Source: Mobula hypostoma (taxonomy: Eukaryota). Taken from it: DNA of 60,000 bases. Shown one piece after another: positions 22,623-34,589 of the stretch. The translations under genes were made by a program, and so were the position numbers. Below the pieces are notes generated by a model. It ran no database searches, was not told the origin of the DNA, and saw only the letters and a program-made list of their open reading frames with translations. Every line of letters starts with the position of its first letter. The first letter of the stretch is position 1. The stretch is from the NCBI RefSeq assembly GCF_963921235.1, contig NC_086097.1:121336001-121396000 (forward strand), given 5' to 3'.

Positions 22623-24222
22623 ACTCAGTAGCCACTTTATGAGGTACCTAATAAAATGGCCAGAGAGTGTATGTTCTGCTACTGTAGTCCATCCACTTCA
22701 AGGTTTGATGTGTTGTGCATTCAGAGTTGCTCTTCTGCACACCACTGTTGTAGTATGTGGTTACTTGAGTTACTGTCACTTTCCTGTCATCTTGAACCAG
22801 TCCATCCATTCTCCCCTGATTTCCCTCATTAACAAGACATTTTCACCCATAAAGTTGCCATTCAATGGATTTTTTTATTTGGTATTTGCACCACTCTCTG
22901 TAAATTCCGGAGGTGGTTGTGTGTGAAAATCCCACAAGATCAGTATTTTCTAAGATTGTCAAACCACCCCATTTAACATCAACAATCATTCCACAGTCAA
23001 AATCACGCAGATCACATTTCTTCCCCATTCTGATCTTTGGTCTGAACAACAACTGAACTCCTTGACCATGTCAGCATGCCTTTATGAAATGAGTTGCTGA
23101 CACATGACTGGCTGATTAGATATTTGATACACTGATTAGATACCAAGATTAGATACACAGGTACACCACAAGGTTGTGTATTGAGTCCCATACTCTACTC
23201 CCTCTTCACTTACAACTGTGTACCTGCATGTAACACCAATACCATCGTCAAATTCGCAGACGACACAACAGTGATCGGGTTGATCTCCAACAGAGATGAA
23301 TCAGCGTACAGAGCGGAGGTACAGAACTTAGAGAGCTGGTGCTCAGTGAACAACCTGTCTCTTAATACAGCAATGACTAAGGAGCTATTTATCAATTTTG
23401 GAAAGTCACGAGATGACGAGTATGCTCCAGTCTACATTAACGGAGACATAGTGGAGAGAGTGTCCAGTTTCAGGTTTCTGGGAACACGTATCTCAGAAGG
23501 CCTTACATGGTCCACTAACACCACTACAATAGTTAAGAAAGCACAGCAATGCTTGTTTTTCCTCAGGATGTTGAAGAAAACTGGTCTACCTGAACAGATG
23601 CTGGTGACCTTTCACTGCTGCACCATAGAGAGCATCTTAACATACTGCATCTCTGTGTGGTATCTCAGTTGTACAGCAGCTGATAGGAAAGCACTTCAGC
23701 GGGTTGTCTCTAGTACACAGTAGATCATCGGGACACAGCTCCTAGCCTAGGACGACACCTACAGCTCTGCCTGTCTAAGGAAAGCTACAAGCATCTGTAA
23801 GGACAATACACACCCATGCAATCATCTGTTTGAACTTCTTCCATCTGAAAGAGGTTATAAGATTTTCTATGCCCACATTTCCAGACTGAAAAATAGTTTT
23901 TTCCCCAGAGCTATAATTGCTCTGAACCAATCGATCAAGCATCATCTATAAATTTGTTATATTGCTACTTTAATGCTGGTCTTATGGCTGTCATGCATCT
24001 GTGTTGCGCTTTTGTACTGCTGGACGTTGCTTGTACTGGCTGGTTACTTGATTTTATTTATTGTTTATTTTATTTGTTGTTTTATAGCATTGAGTATGAG
24101 ATTTGCAAATTCATTTTCGCTGTATTGGTGCATGACAAATTGTACAATGACAATAAAGATATTTCAATTTGTATTAATGAGCACATGTACAGGTGTACTT
24201 AATAAAGAGGTCACTGAATGTA
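22623..24222 (-). mobile_element. Non-autonomous Tc1/mariner derivative interrupted by a Rex1 LINE
   Basis: Degenerate TIRs (ctcagtagccactttat... / ...aataaagaggtcactgaatg). ORF 22843-23052 MGKKCDLRDFDCGMIV..GLTILE..LVGFSHTT...YREW is a Tc1 transposase N-terminal HTH. Confidence 0.75.
23160..24165 (+). mobile_element. 5'-truncated Rex1/Babar LINE (RT C-terminal half)
   Basis: GTPQGCVLSPILYSLFT...KFADDTTVIGL...VERVSSFRFLG...KKAQQCLFFLR in ORF 23181-23723, then a 3' UTR with AATAAA. Confidence 0.85.
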
Positions 24223-24559
24223 TGTCTAACAGACACAGTTATTAAAGGCAAATATGTGTACAAGGGCATTTTTTTGATTTAACATTCTATTAACCAGAAT
24301 AGAGTGAATTCTTTTGCTCATTAAATGTAAGAGATAGGTGAAAATTAAATAAAAATATTAGTTATGTCAGCACAGTGACTTGAATTAGTGAAAGTCATAA
24401 AGTAACTTGATTAAAGTAGCAAAAACAGGAAAAAGATTGTTAAGAAATGAGCAGAGCAAAGCTAAATCAGGCTGAGGACATTTCAAAGTTAAAGATTCAA
24501 AGTAAAACTATTATCAATGTATGTATATGTTACCATATACTATCCCACATCTTGAGAAA

Positions 24560-25272
24560 CAGCTCTATTTCCATCTTTAATATCTCTATTTTTCCCTGTC
24601 AGGGTTCTTTTGAAGTCCCTGACCTGGAGTTACGTGCTGACTAACGTTCTCTGCGGGAATGGGACATGCTCTCAGGGTTTCACAACTGGCCATTACCCAA
24701 CATGCCAAGGGCGTGGCCTAAGAGCTCAGCTCACCTTTGGAGGCCTAGGATCTCGGTGCTCTGGAGATAGGCTGGTGTCCCGACAGACCGGTGTGTCATG
24801 GGAGCGGAAGATCTTTGGCTGTGTGCACAGAGTCCTGATATCTTTGGACACAGAGCTCAGAAAAAGCGACACAGACTTTTAACATCATAAGCCAGCAAGT
24901 TGTTTGTTATGTCTCCTCTCTCGCTGTGAAACAGAGACGGCTCTTTCTCCCTTATTAGGGAGAGACAGAGAGAGAGAGAGAGAGAGCCTGTGGTATGTCG
25001 AATACTGGGTGAACTGCAAGTCTGTGTCTTTGCTGCATGCTTGAGTGCTCGGTGGTGGGTGCCGATGTTTTATTTTGCTGATGGGGGAGGGGGAATCATT
25101 GCTTGCTGCCACTTACGTGCGTGAGCTGGGAGGGACTTTGGGGTTCTAACATTTAACTGTTATTCATTCTTTGGGGCACTCCTCTGTTTTCGTGGATGGT
25201 TACGAAGGAAAAGCATTTCAGGATGTAGATTGTATATATTTCTGACATTAAATATACCTTTGAAACCTTTGA
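24560..25272 (+). repeat. Unclassified interspersed repeat with an (AG)n tract and a (cctttgaa)n tail
   Basis: The 3' ~250 bp is homologous to 22280-22545. Probably a LINE 3' UTR or non-autonomous retroposon. Confidence 0.55.
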
Positions 25273-26169
25273 AAAATGAAATATAATAGATTATGAAAAA
25301 ATTATACATAAAGACTGGCAGACAACTGATGTGCAAAAGACGACAAACTGTGCAAATAAAACTAATATCAAGAGCATGAGTTGTAAAACGTCCACGAAAG
25401 TGAATCTGAAAGTCATAGAATCAGTAATGGTTCTCCAATGTAAGGACTCGGATTAACGCAGCTCTCCCCAGAACTGGAGAAAATTTGCAAGCGGTGAAGG
25501 ATTGGGATCAAGACAATGGAATTTAATATCTTATACACCATATTGGCCTAAACGAGAAGGATCATCTCAATTAGAAATTGGTTTAATTTCTTGATTGCAT
25601 CGATATGAATTCAATGCTGTGCATTCAAGTCTTGAAATGCTTATCAAGATGGTTTTTCTCTTTGAACGGGTTGACTCTGTGGTTCTTCTTTGTTTCATGG
25701 CTGTCTGTGGGGAAGACAAGTCACAGAGTTCTATACTGCACACATACTTCAACAATAAGTGTACTTTGATTTGAACTGAATTTGAAAAGCTTGCATGGTA
25801 TTGTTAGCAGAATAGATATAAAAAGAATTTGATGACAAAGATATCATTGGCATATAACGAAAGACATCTGACATGAACAGCTAGAAAGCTAGAACAGGGG
25901 TTAATGGACGGCAAAGACACCATAAGGTCATTTTGCTTTCACTAATCACAGCTTTTTTTAAGTGTTTTTGATCTGCTAGCTAGGTGAGAATAATTGGGGA
26001 TAGTTTGAATAATTTATCAGTGATTTTAAAGTAAACCAGATCCAAATAAAGTTATGTAAATTCCAATCCTAGATGTCTGATAAATGATGTCCAATTTTAA
26101 TCACTCACTTAGCTTCTGGTGTTTATTTGTTCTCTTCTACTTTCTTTTGAGTTTTTGGGGGAGTGATTT

Positions 26170-26308
26170 CTGCCCTGATGAAAGGTCATGGCCCGAAACA
26201 TCAACTGTTTATTCCTCTCCATAGATGCTGCCAGACCTGCTGAGTTCCTCCAGCATTTTGTGTGACTTGCGCTGGATTTCCAACATCCGCAAGATCATTT
26301 GTGTTTAT
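26170..26308 (+). mobile_element. PLE terminal fragment with hammerhead-like core
   Basis: CTGATGA (26175-26181)...GGCCCGAAAC, followed by the PLE terminal motif. Confidence 0.7.
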
Positions 26309-27581
26309 GATTTCTGTACTTGTCCACACCTCTTATCTGTGACATGAGTTGGGTTTTAGTGTCACATAGCCAAGATGGTTTCCTTTGTAGTAACTACTGC
26401 ATTTCTTGTAGTCATGCTCACAGTTTTTGTAATTTCTTTAACCAGAGGATAATGAATTTGTGGAATTCATTGCCACAGACAGCTGTCAAGGCCAAGTCAT
26501 TGGGTATATTTGAAATGGAAGTTGATAAGTTCTTGGTTAGTAAGCATGTGAAAGGATATGGTGAGAAGACAGGAGAATGGGGTTGAGGGGGATAGTAAAT
26601 CAGCAGAACAGAAAAAATGGACTGCATTGCGCTCCTATGTCATATGGTTTGATGGTCTTTTGCTTCCCTGTTGCAACGAGTGATGTGAATTTCATCAGTG
26701 GAACGTAGAACAATACAGCACAGGAACAGGCCCTTCAAACCACAATGCTGTGCCGAATCAATTATATTAGTAACCAAATGGCCAACTAAACTAATCTCTT
26801 CTGCCTATACAATGTTAATTTTCCACTTTCCTCTCATTCATGTGCCTATCTGAACATTTCTTGATGTACTTGCCTCTACTACCAGCCCAGGCAGCGCACT
26901 GCAGGCACCCACCACTCTCGGTGTAGAAACACCTTACCCCTCAAATCTCCTTTGAAATTGTCCCCTCTCAAAATAAATGCATTCCCTCTGGTATTTGACA
27001 TCTCAGTTCTGATTCATTTGATAGTCGATGAGTGTCAGGTCTTTGGCTCTCATGATGATGAAAGCATGCTTCCAGTAGAGGTTATTCTCACAGATTCAGC
27101 AGCATAGTTTGTCAACATAACAGAGATTTCTAATGCTCATCTATATTCTGATTTGGTAGGAAAAACAAGTGAATGCCATTCTGCATTACATGTGGGTCTC
27201 ATATTGCTTAAAGAAAAACTTCTTCCATTAGAGGTCTGTTCTACCTTTTGGAGAGTGACAGTAAAAACAAAGGCATTGATCACTTCTCCTTCTGGTGTCT
27301 TCTACAATATAGCTATCGTTCAAAGGGTGACTTTTGATTATGTCTGATCCTTCCTATTGAAGCCAGTGGAAATGAAACTTCAGACCAGTCTGGGATTTTT
27401 AATCTGTTTGATTGAAAATCAATTTACAAGCTGTGCTGAGAAGTCATGTCAAACGATAATACGTTTAACTGGTGTCAGATCTTGACAGACACACATGTAT
27501 GCTCGTACACACAGACACACTCACACACACGTGGGAGGTTCCAGTTGTCCTCAGACTGTCTTCTTCTATCATTTACTAATA

Positions 27582-28096
27582 CACTCAGTGGCCACTTTAT
27601 TAGGTACCTTTTGTACACAATACAGTGGCCACTGAGTGTATGCTCATGATCTGCTGCTGTAGCCCATCCACTTCAAGGTGCTGCACGTTCAGAGATGCTC
27701 TTCTGCACACCACTGTTGTAACATGTGGTCATTTGAGTTACTGTCGCCTTCCTGTCAGCTTGAACTAATCTGACCACTTTCTTTCACTAACAAGACATTT
27801 TCACCCATAGAAATGCTGCTCTTTGGATTTTTTTTTGTTTTTGCTCCAATCTCTGTAAACTCTGTTGTGCGTGGAAATCCCATATCAGCAGGTTCTGAAA
27901 TACTCAAACCACCGCTTCTGGTACCAACAATCATTCCACAGTCTAAGTCACTCAGATCACATTTCTTCGCTATTCTGATGTTTGGTCTGAATAACAATGG
28001 AACCTCTTGACCATGTCTGCCACATGATTGGCTGTTTTGATATTTCCATTACGAGCCGATGTGCATGTGTACAAAACAAAGTGGCCACTACCTGGT
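27582..28096 (-). mobile_element. Non-autonomous Tc1 derivative
   Basis: TA-CACTCAGTGGCCACTTTATTAGGTAC at the left end and AAAGTGGCCACT at the right. ORF 27755-27997 KKCDLSDLDCGMIVGTRSGGLSISE. A partial third copy lies at ~20780-20970. Confidence 0.8.
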
Positions 28097-28399
28097 ATAT
28101 CTTGTTTTGTCAAATAAGGAGCCTGTTTCATATCTGCCAGTACTTTTCTCCGGAGACTTCATCACACAACATTTGCTGTGTATACTTGTTCTGGGGCCGC
28201 AATTTAGCATTTTAGCCTTTTTGTGAACTTGATGCAAAGGTATCATGAGTTCAGCTGCTCGAAAGTGGCAGATTGTAGAGCACATAGTCTGTGGTTTTAA
28301 ATATGCACTGTTTAACGGGTACCCATCATTTCTATTTTGTGTTGTGTGGGAATTAGTGTGGAGATATTTCAGGGGGATGTTTTACCCAGATACATCTGT

Positions 28400-31320
28400 C
28401 AGGATGGCACCTATTGAGGTCAGGCAACGTCAGGTCGAGAATCCCGATGATCCGAGCCTGCACACTTTGAATCTGATTATGACCATTCACCCCCGGGGAG
28501 AAACTAACCGTTTTTTCAGAGCTACCCACACTTAAAGGCACATGTAGGTATTCAGAATTCCGGAGCAAGCTCAAAGAAATGGTTGAAATTCACCAGATGC
28601 CCTAAAGATATACACGTGTTGATAAAAGCAAAGTGCCCTGGGAATATGTGGGACAGTAATTCCCAGGGGGTGCGGGATGGTACATTGGCAACTACCAGGA
28701 CCACCAGCAATGAAAAAGATATCACTCATTTAAAGGGGAAGTGAATGGGGGGAGGTGAGAGTAACTGGGGAATGATAATGGCAGTGATTCAAAGAGCTAA
28801 TGAGATGGTCATGGATTATGCAGAATGTAAATATTGAGCGTATGAGGAGTATTCAGGGTTAGATAATCCAGGGAGGGATGACAAAGTCTTCTTGAAGATG
28901 ATGAAGGAAGGCCTGAGCTCAGCACACCAGGAAGTTTCAGACCAGTCTGAGTGCTGATCAGATTACAGAACTGGTGTTGTGGCGGCGGCCCCCACTGCCA
29001 GCACTGGTGACTCGTGGATGTACCCAATAGCACTGTTAGGGGACCAGCAACGCGACATGTTAATTGACACAGGGACATTGGTACCAATAACCGACCTACA
29101 ACTAGACAGGCTAATTATATTATGGGTGTAGAAGGAAAAATTGGTAAAAGCAGAAAGAAGCAGGTTGCCAATACATGAAATCGGCAGTATGCAGCTTCCA
29201 GTGTATTTCTGGGTCTGTCCAAATATTGAGGGTACTATCCTTAGACTATACGTCTTAAGAGAAGCAGGGGCCATTATAGATTCAGGAAAGGGAGAAATAA
29301 TATAGACAAGCCAGGGACAACAAGCAACGGAGAATACAACATAGCCAGCATAGCCATGTTGACAACTGTTCAGGGTGAAGTGGAAGAACTAAAATACCAG
29401 GGGATACTCTGAGAGACTGCGACAACTACTAACTTGCCTATATGGCCAGTAAAGAAGCCTGATGAATCTTATCAGTGAACAATAGACTATACCGTCCTGT
29501 ATAAGACCATGCCAAGATTCCATCTCACTGTGGCAAGTCCTGCAACAATACTGAAAGGCCTGTGTCTGGAATATATATTTTTTTTCAGTCCTGGATATTG
29601 CTAATGGATTTTGGGGGCTCCCTTTAGCAGCTGAGTTCCAAGACCGATTTGCCTTCACCCTAAGTGGGCAGCAGTATATGTGAATCAGATTCCCCCAGGG
29701 ATTCCACATTAGCCCAGCTATTTTTCACAAGGTCATGGTGCAGACTTTACAAAAGCTCAAAAGAACACCTTTACAACATCTTACAACATGTAGATGATTT
29801 AAAATCAGTCCACACAAGGATCAGATAGGAAAGCAAACTATACAGTACCTAGGCTACACCATTCCCCAGGGCATGTCAGATGACGGATGTTCGGCAATCA
29901 GCTTCATGCTCTGCCTGGTAAACATAAGGGGAGTGAGGAAGATAATGGGTCTATTCAATTGCTGCTGTATTTCATACCAGGGTTCTCAGCAGTAGTGGCC
30001 TTGATAGAAGCACTGCATTACAGTATAGATATAGACAGATACATGCACACACGAACAGTCGGTGTGGGTCTGCCAGCAGAGGTGGCAGTAATTAAAGTAA
30101 AAGCTCACCAGAAAGGACCTTACTGCGAAGAAGGCAGCAGAGGAACAAGAGGCAATCGAAACTGCAAGTGTGCAGGAAGAAACGACGGAAGCCAGCTTAG
30201 TAAAATTATATGAAGAGGTAAAGGCTGATGAAAAGGAGAAAGGGAGTGAATGTGGGACCAAATGGGAGCTGGATACATGGGGAGGAAGGAGTCGTGGTGG
30301 CCCCACCATGTGTTAGGCAGATACTACCGAAGTTATATCATGCAGTGATGCATCAGGAAAGGCAGGGCATGATCACAACCCTCTGGCAGAACTGGTGGTG
30401 GCCAGGGATGGGCAGGATTGTTGAGAAATTCTGCCGCCATTGTATCATTAATGTCCAACATAACCCTGGTAAGGACAGAAAGCTACAGCTGGCAAATCAG
30501 CCACGCCGAGGGGACCCTGGGAAAACATCCAGATAGACTTCACGGGACCCCAGCCAAAAAGCAGGGGGAAAAGCTACTGTCTAGTAATTATGGACCACTT
30601 CACCCGGTGGGTAGAGGCCTTCCCAACAAGGGACTGCACTGCCAGCACGGCTGCATGGATTCTAGTTCAGGAAATCGTCCCAAGGTGGGGAACCCCAGTT
30701 CAGGTGGACTCGGATCAGGGAGCATATTTTACAGGGAAAGTGATGAAGGAAATGTGCTGACTGTTAGGGTTTCAACAACGGTTCCACATACCCTCTCACC
30801 CTCAGAGTTCAGGAATGGTAGAAAAGATGAACTGAACAATCAAGAATGTCTTAGGCAAAACTATAGCTGAGATGGGAAAGACACAGGCTGATGTATTACC
30901 AGGAATCCTGATGAGATTGTGAGCAACCACAAACTGCACGCTCGGTCTCAGTCCTACGAATTATTAATGGGGCGAGCAATGTGACTCCCTTATACAGTAA
31001 TCACAGGTAGCGGGGAGCCTGGGGCTTACAGGGATAGAATGACGCAGTATGTGAAAGACCTTTGTAATCATCTGAAAGTGTCGAAGGACTAAGCAAAACA
31101 ACAACAGCATTGCTGATCAGAGAGAGCCAAGGGAAAGAAGATGGTTCTCCTACAGCTGGATGACCAATTCACGTGAGGGCGCTCTCTGAAAGGGCAGGGT
31201 TTGCTCCCAGATGGATAAGACCACAGATGGTACTTTTAACAAGTGACACACTTGTGTCTGTGTGCAGACTTGGCAAGGCAGCGAGTGGAAACACTGGACT
31301 CAGATTAAACCGTACGATTC
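28400..31320 (+). pseudogene. pol: Endogenous retrovirus gag/pol relic (PR, RT, RNase H, integrase), heavily mutated and internally deleted
   Basis: LIDTG (~29060); WPVKKPD..TIDY (~29443); FSVLDIANGFW..FAFT; PQGFHISP; QHVDDL; VIKVKAHQ; WWWPGM...C..C; IQIDFTGP..LVIMDHFTRWVEAFPT..DSDQG..HPQSSGMVE. Boundaries approximate; LTRs not identified. Confidence 0.85.
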
Positions 31321-33199
31321 ACTTTCTTGTTGCCCCCCACAGAGCAGGGGATCAAGTGTACCCAGTAACTGTGTAACTACAGAGATCCTAAGAGATGAAC
31401 ACCATTTGGCCACACCAGACCTGACCACAGCTGATGGAAACAGACCCACAGGAAATGCAAAGACAGGAGACACTGAGAGCGTGACAGAAACCCATAAATA
31501 GCATGCTAAAGTATAATGGTACTCTGTAATGAAGGCTCATTGCTGAAGGTTGATGATTAGTTGAATAGCATAGAATAGAAAAGATTTTGGGGAAAATAGA
31601 TTGGGAGAGATTTAAGTTAAAGCAGAGACAGCAGGTTCTACAACTTCGATAGCACAGCAGACTGAGAAAGATTGCACACGGTATCTGAAAGCAGTCACCC
31701 CCAACCTGATTACAAATGAGCTGGGCCCTTTCAGCATTTGGGCCAGCAATCAACTGCACAATTTGGAAGGGGGTGCCACTGGGGAGAGGTTCTTGGGGAG
31801 AGATCCTTGCAGTCATTCAGATAGAGACAACCCTAACTCCTTCCTGTACATCAATGAGAGAGCCTGTAAGCCTGATGCACTTACCTTGCTGGTGCCCCTG
31901 GAAGGCGAGAGTTTTAGCTGCCAGAAAATGGAAGGGTGAAGATGAGGAATGTGATTAAGCTGCAATCGGCCAGCAGAGAAAAAGCCAACAGGCATACGAA
32001 TGAAGACTCATTTCGAAAGACTTTTGTTCAAAGTTCAGGAACAATCTTTCTGCTTAGCATTTTGTAGGTAGCCATTAGGGATGGTAGGGTAGATGTAGAT
32101 GCACGTAAAGTAATGGGGGGGGGGATAAATTCAGAGGCAGGGCATTTCTGCTGCTTATTTGAATAGATCCTCCTTAAGGTTTGCCTTTGTTGGTACAAAT
32201 TTATTTTTGTCAAGGAGGGCTGAGAGGGTTGTTGCATGAATGAGAAAAGTAATGATAGATATGAAGCAGCTTCTTTATTTGACAAAACAAGATACAGCAG
32301 GCATCATATGGAGATGCTTTCGGTCGAAAGGTCGGCTGGCCCTTGATATTTTATGTGCTAAATATTAAAGGACAATTCCATATTTACAATGTATCTACAA
32401 TGCTTTCTTTGAAACTACACACAAACTTCAGACCTCTTGATTTGTACCCACACCACAGAGTCTTTGACTAACCCAAATTCCAGACCATTTCTCTCCTTAC
32501 AAAGTTAATGATCACTTGTCCCAGCTGACTCAACACCAAGCCCAATACCAGGATCAACAAAAGCAAGACGTATCACAGCTCATTTCTAATGTAACAAACA
32601 CTCAGAATTAGAATCATGTTTATTATCACTGATATATGTCCTGAAATTTGTTGTTTTGCAGCAACAAAACAGAGCAATATATAAAATATACTATAAATCC
32701 TAATAATAAATATGTATTAAAAATAAATTAGTTGTGCAAAAAGAGACCAAAAATAGTGAGGCCAGTGTTAATGGTTTCACTGTCCATTCAGAAATCTGAT
32801 AATGGGGGGTACTGGTCCTTAAGACATGCACTCAACATTTTAGGAACAACTTTGTCCCCTCTGCCATCAGATTTCCGAACAGACAACAATATCAGATGGC
32901 TAATTTACTGCACAAACAATAATATCAAAAGGAAAACAACAGAGAAAGAAGGAGAGCCTGGAGACACACACTCAACAATTCAGGAACAGCTTCTTCCCCT
33001 CTGCCATCCAATTTCTGAATGGACATTCCACCCATGAACACAACCTCACTACTTTTTCTATTTCCTAATTTTGCACTACTTACTTAACAGTTTTATACTT
33101 TATTTCACAGTTTTTTCTCTCTATTATCATATATTGCATTGTACTGCTTTCATGACATATGTCGGTGATATTAAATCTGATTCTGATGACTGTGAATTC

Positions 33200-34145
33200 A
33201 TTTCCACAGGTGGCATATGAGGCCAAGTCATTGGGTATATTTAAGGCAGAGGTTGATAGATTCTTGACTTGTCAGGACACGAAGGGTTACAGGAAAAAGG
33301 CAAGAGATTGGGACTGATTGGGAAATGGATCAGTCAAGATGAAATGGTGGTGCAGATTCAATGGACCATATGGTTTAATTCTGCTTCTACATCTTGTGGT
33401 CTTTTGATTGCAGTAAAATTGTGAAAAGATATCAAAAAGGAAAAGTGTTAAAAAGGGTAATATTTCAATTTTAATATTTTTACTATCTCTTGAAGTAATT
33501 TGCAATCTAAGTGAAAGAGGTGTGACACAAGCAATGTTTCCTTTTGGGAGGGAGAGAGGCTGATAATTATCAGTTCCATTAAACAGGCACCAACTGAGCA
33601 ATTTATCTCAAATTTAATGAACAATTAATGTTTAATTGCTGCAACTTTATGGCAGGATGAGGAATAATTCAAATGACAAAATGGCACAATTTTCTCAGAA
33701 GTGGCAATTCAGGGAGTATCACATCCTCACAAGGTAACTGGGCGATCTGCATCATTGACAACACTTGGTTTGTTCATACGGCACCAATTCTTCAGCAGAA
33801 CCTGAACCATCCTGCTGTGAGGCTGACATCAGACAAGCTGGAAGTCTGCCATCTGTTGGAGATTCAGTGACAGTACAAAAAGACCATAAGACATATGGCA
33901 GAATTAGGCCATTCAGATGATTGAGTCTGCTCTGCCATTCCATCGTGACCGATTTATTACCTGCCTCAATTCCATTCTCTTGCATTCTCCCCGCAGACTT
34001 TGATGCCCTTACAAATCAAAAACTGATCAACCTCCGCTTTAAGTAAACCCAATAACTTGGCCTCCATAGTCACCTGTGGCAATGAATTCCACAGATTCAC
34101 CACCCTTTGGCTGAAGGAATTCCTCTTCATCTCCGTTCTAAGGTT
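33200..34145. mobile_element. Two CR1 3' ends in opposite orientation (~33200-33405 +, ~33880-34145 -)
   Basis: FSQRVVNLWNSLP..EAK.LG..KAEVD.FL motif and CR1-type 3' UTRs. Another copy lies at ~26435-26660. Confidence 0.7.
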
Positions 34146-34589
34146 GCTAGAAAAGACAAATAAGCAAACCAATGAGGGAAAAAATAAATAGAAAAATAGG
34201 GCTTCAGAGAGAAGAATGACAAAGGAAAGGAGAAATGGGCAGCACTGTAGTGCAGCAGTTAGTGTAATGATGTTACAACACCAGCGACCCCAGTTCAATT
34301 CCTGCCGCTGTCTGTAAGGAGTTCATGCATCTTTCCCATGATTGCATAGGTTTCCTCCCACATTGCAAAGCATACAGGTAAGTAGGTTAATTGTTTATAT
34401 GAGTGTAGTTGGCTGGCACAGGTTCATTTGGGAGAAAGTGCAGTGAGATGCTTAAGTTTAAAAAAAAGCCCAGCACATTTTTTTTGGAAGGAGGAAAGAA
34501 GGTGTTTGAGCTTTTAAAAAAGGCAGAAAAAGGACGAAATTCACATGTTCCTAAACAGTGAGTATTAGGTGGTAATCATAATAAATTTT

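Noticed and set aside
31388..31995. ORFs downstream of the ERV integrase as env
   Set aside because: No signal peptide, furin site, CX6CC motif or transmembrane anchor recognisable.
32110..32594. Possible LTR of the ERV or a solo LTR
   Set aside because: A minus-strand AATAAA and a TG start are visible, but I found no second copy or TSD.
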